Positions 61,171 through 64,000 of a stretch of DNA of 64,000 nt are shown in pieces. The notes beneath the pieces are model-generated. The model was not told the DNA's origin and did not search any database. It saw only the letters and a list, made by a program, of their open reading frames with translations. How positions within the stretch are numbered: position 1 is the first letter of the stretch; every line of letters begins with the position of its first letter. The stretch is from Lama glama. Its lineage: Eukaryota. Location of the stretch: contig CM052816.1 of NCBI GenBank assembly GCA_028534125.1, positions 18,788,001 through 18,852,000 of the forward strand, written 5' to 3'. A program made the translations under genes and the position numbers.

Positions 61171-61628
61171 TGTACTACTTTCCCAGAGCTGTAACAAAGT
61201 GCCACAAACTGGGTGTCCTGAAACAACAGAAATGTCTTGTCCCACTGTTCTGGAGGCTAGAAGTCTGAAATCAAGTTGTCAGCAGGACCAAGCTCCCTCT
61301 GAAACCTGTAGGGAATCCTCCTTGCCTCTTCCTAGCTTCTGGCGGTTTGCTGGTAATGGCAATCCTAGGTGTTCCTCGGCTTGCAGCTGCGTAACTCCAA
61401 TCTCTATCTCGGTCTTTGTCATCATATGGCTTTCTCCTGTGTGTCCCTGTGTCTCTTCTTCTCTTCTCATAACGATGTCATGATTTGGGGTCCACCCAAC
61501 CCCAGTATAACCTCATCTTAATTTAACTAATTACATCTGCAATGACCCAATGTCCAAAATAGATGACATTCTGAGGTAATGGATTTCAATATATCTATTT
61601 TGGAGGGGACCCAACACAACTCATAACA
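61171..61628 (-). mobile_element. MaLR solo LTR (MLT1C-like)
   Basis: tgtactactttccc...'ctgtaacaaagtgccacaaactgggtg...ttctggaggctagaagtctgaaatcaag'...'acacaactcataaca'. Confidence 0.92.
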
Positions 61629-62814
61629 GGTTAGTCGTCAGGACTAGAAGAAGATGGTGGCCCAGGGCTTCCATGACTTGCAAGGTTGAATGTGCTAGGA
61701 ACATGGTGTGAAGACAGCAGACCTCCCAGAGAAACAGTTTTGTGGGGAGGCAAGACCCAGGACCCAGTGCTCTCAGCCTTAGCAACAAACTGGTGTCCAT
61801 GCTGGGCACAGAAGTAGCAATGCTGCCCTCCCTGGACCTCATGGACTTGGACAAGGTGGCAGTATAGGCTGTGGACAAGCACACCTTCCCTGAGGATACT
61901 GGCCCATGTGGCCCTGAGAGCTTTCACAGCCCAAGGTAAGGACAGTTAGGACATGAGCCCCAAAGGACCAAGATCACATCCTACAACACCACACCTGGCC
62001 TTGAAGTCAAGATGATTTTGATTTAGAAAAAAATTAATGTAAACATAATTCTTAAACCTAAATAATGTGGTGGTTGCAAATTTATAGACTATAAACACAT
62101 TCCCTCACCTACAGTCACAATCTTACTACCATGCGCTGCACAAAGAGCAGCCCGCAGGACACAGAAGATATGAGTCAACATGGCGAACGGGGTCAAAAAT
62201 GAGAGAGAGGCCAAACGTGGATGTCAGTGGGGAATAACAATGAACCTGAAGAAACTCGTGTTGGTCCAGGTCCCCTCCCCTCTAAATCCTTGCAGAAAAG
62301 AATATTAATAAAATAAAACTCCAAATCCAATCCCGGAGCAATAACAGAACACCAGTGCCAAACTTCACAGCCATGGGAAGGCTGTACAGAGCTAAGCAAT
62401 CTGGGTTCAGCATTTCTCGGCTGAAATTCTTGAAAGCTTGTAATGCTCAGGCCAAAATGCTCTGGAAACCAAGGTCTGTGGAAAATGCAAACTTTATGAA
62501 TCACACATGTGGCCACAAAGCCCCCTCTGCAGCTCTGAGTGAAAAGATTTGCACAGATATCTGTCCCCACACTGAGGACCACCGGGGCTGAGGCAGAGGC
62601 ATACCATGGGTCCTGGAGATGACAGAAAACCCACTTAGCCTCATGGGATTTTCTTGGCAAACTCTGAAAAATACAAGTGGGGTTCTGGACTGGAATTAGA
62701 CATGATAGATAAAGGGGCCACTTCCCTTTGCTTGAGGGGACATGCTTGGAGAAGGAAGACTCACGAGGCGAAATGTATCCTTTTCCAGCTACTTGCCCTC
62801 TTTGTTCCTCCCTT

Positions 62815-62910
62815 CTCCCATCTGTGAGACGGGATGATAATAACATTTGTCTCACGGGGCAGCTGGGAGGGTGATACTAGCTAATATATGTGAAGCACGT
62901 TGGAACGGCC
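62815..62910 (+). mobile_element. MIR SINE fragment
   Basis: 'ctcccatctgtgagacgggatgataataac...ctcacgggg...aatatatgtgaagcac'. Confidence 0.7.
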
Positions 62911-63304
62911 AACGTTAAGTCCTCACCTGCAGCAAGCACTCCAGTAAAGCTGAAGTTTCAGAATTTCTCCCCCAAGCTGCATCTCTTCCAGCACTCCTCC
63001 TAAATTTTCATTTATACTTTATAGATCTCAGATTCCCTTCCCACTTTGTCTCCCAACAACCTATTCTCAATCTGGAGAGCGTCCCACTCACTGTCATAGG
63101 ATCTAAGGACAGGAAAAGCCCTCCCCAGTCCCTCAGCTTCCGCCCCTGCCCCCAGGCAGAGCTCTGTTCACACCGACTCCGACAGCTGGTTGTCGTTTCC
63201 AGACAGGAAATATTTATCGAGCATACACTCTGGGCCAAGCCCTGTGCTCAGTGCTGCAGGAATACATGCAGGAGCAGGGTAGGCTGGGCTCTTGCAGTCT
63301 ATGT

Positions 63305-63549
63305 GGGACAAGTGGAAACTCAGACAGGATTGGATACTGCTGTCTTGAGGCAGAATGTCTTCTTTTCTGGGAAACCTCAGTTTTTGCTCTTATGGCCTTC
63401 AACTGATTAGATGGGGCCCACCCACATTATGGAGGGCAATCTCCTTTACATCAACTGATTATAGATGCTAACCACATCTAGATTACAGTCTGATTAAATA
63501 ACTGGCTTCTGTAGCATAGCCAAGCTGACATAGAAAATTAACCATCACA
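63305..63549 (-). mobile_element. MLT2 (ERVL) LTR fragment
   Basis: 'gtcttgaggcagaat...ggaaacctcagtttttgctctt...gccttcaactgatt...cccacattatggaggg...gccaagctgacatagaaaattaaccatcaca'. Confidence 0.88.
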
Positions 63550-64000
63550 CGTAGATTCATTTGCCTTTATTCTCCCCACTTCACGTCTGGCTTTTCTTCC
63601 TGACCACCAGCTCTGTGACCTACAGCAACTTCAGGCCTACCATGAGATGCAGAGAAAACAGATTTCCATTGACTTCACCAGTTTCCACAGTTGCACTAGC
63701 TCTGCATTCCTATAATCTTTTATTACATTTCACTCATAATGGTGGGACTTTGTACCAATGTACTCAATTTATGTGCTCTTGAGTGCCATCCACAGGAAAG
63801 TGCCAAACCTCAGAACTTGCTCCAGGGTTACCTGGGAGGATGTCAGGAAGACTGTTCATGTAGAGGCGCCTTGCTGGTAGCATTCCAGGGTGACACTGCC
63901 AGAGAAGATGTCAGAAGAAGATCCTGGCCACTAGGCACTTCTGGCTACAGCATGCTTACAGGAACCAGGAGCTCAAGAAGCCAACCTCTGCAGGTAGAGT

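Noticed and set aside
62193..62855. 220-aa minus-strand ORF
   Set aside because: Non-ATG start inside a MIR, no recognisable domain; consistent with chance.
1..64000. The many ORFs of 60-230 aa in the supplied track as genes; any prokaryote-style operon, defence system or CRISPR locus
   Set aside because: The DNA is clearly mammalian and repeat-rich. The ORFs overlap in all frames, many use GTG/TTG starts, and none resembles a protein family I recognise.

Overview
Mammalian (eutherian) genomic DNA, most likely from a camelid. The evidence is one tRNA-Ala-derived SINE of the camelid Vic-1 type, and I saw no Alu, B1/B2, Bov-tA/BovB, PRE-1 or Can-SINE. The window looks intergenic or intronic. 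It is a mosaic of ancient repeats (MIR, L2, L1M, MaLR/MLT, ERVL/ERV1 LTRs, hAT MITEs), two younger L1 pieces, microsatellites and a 500-N assembly gap. I recognise no protein-coding gene; the supplied ORF track is almost entirely chance or repeat-derived. The most notable non-repeat signals are: (i) a chain of minus-strand exon-like segments (59354-59455, 56577-56661, an acceptor at 49209, and possibly 11288-11438), suggesting a spliced lncRNA or 5'-UTR; (ii) two different solo LTRs abutting head-to-tail with what looks like one 4-bp target site repeated three times; (iii) several repeat-free, motif-dense blocks typical of enhancers. Repeat family names come from recalled consensus similarity, not a RepeatMasker run. 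Boundaries are approximate unless a TSD or TG..CA end is cited. I found no evidence for a novel multi-gene system.
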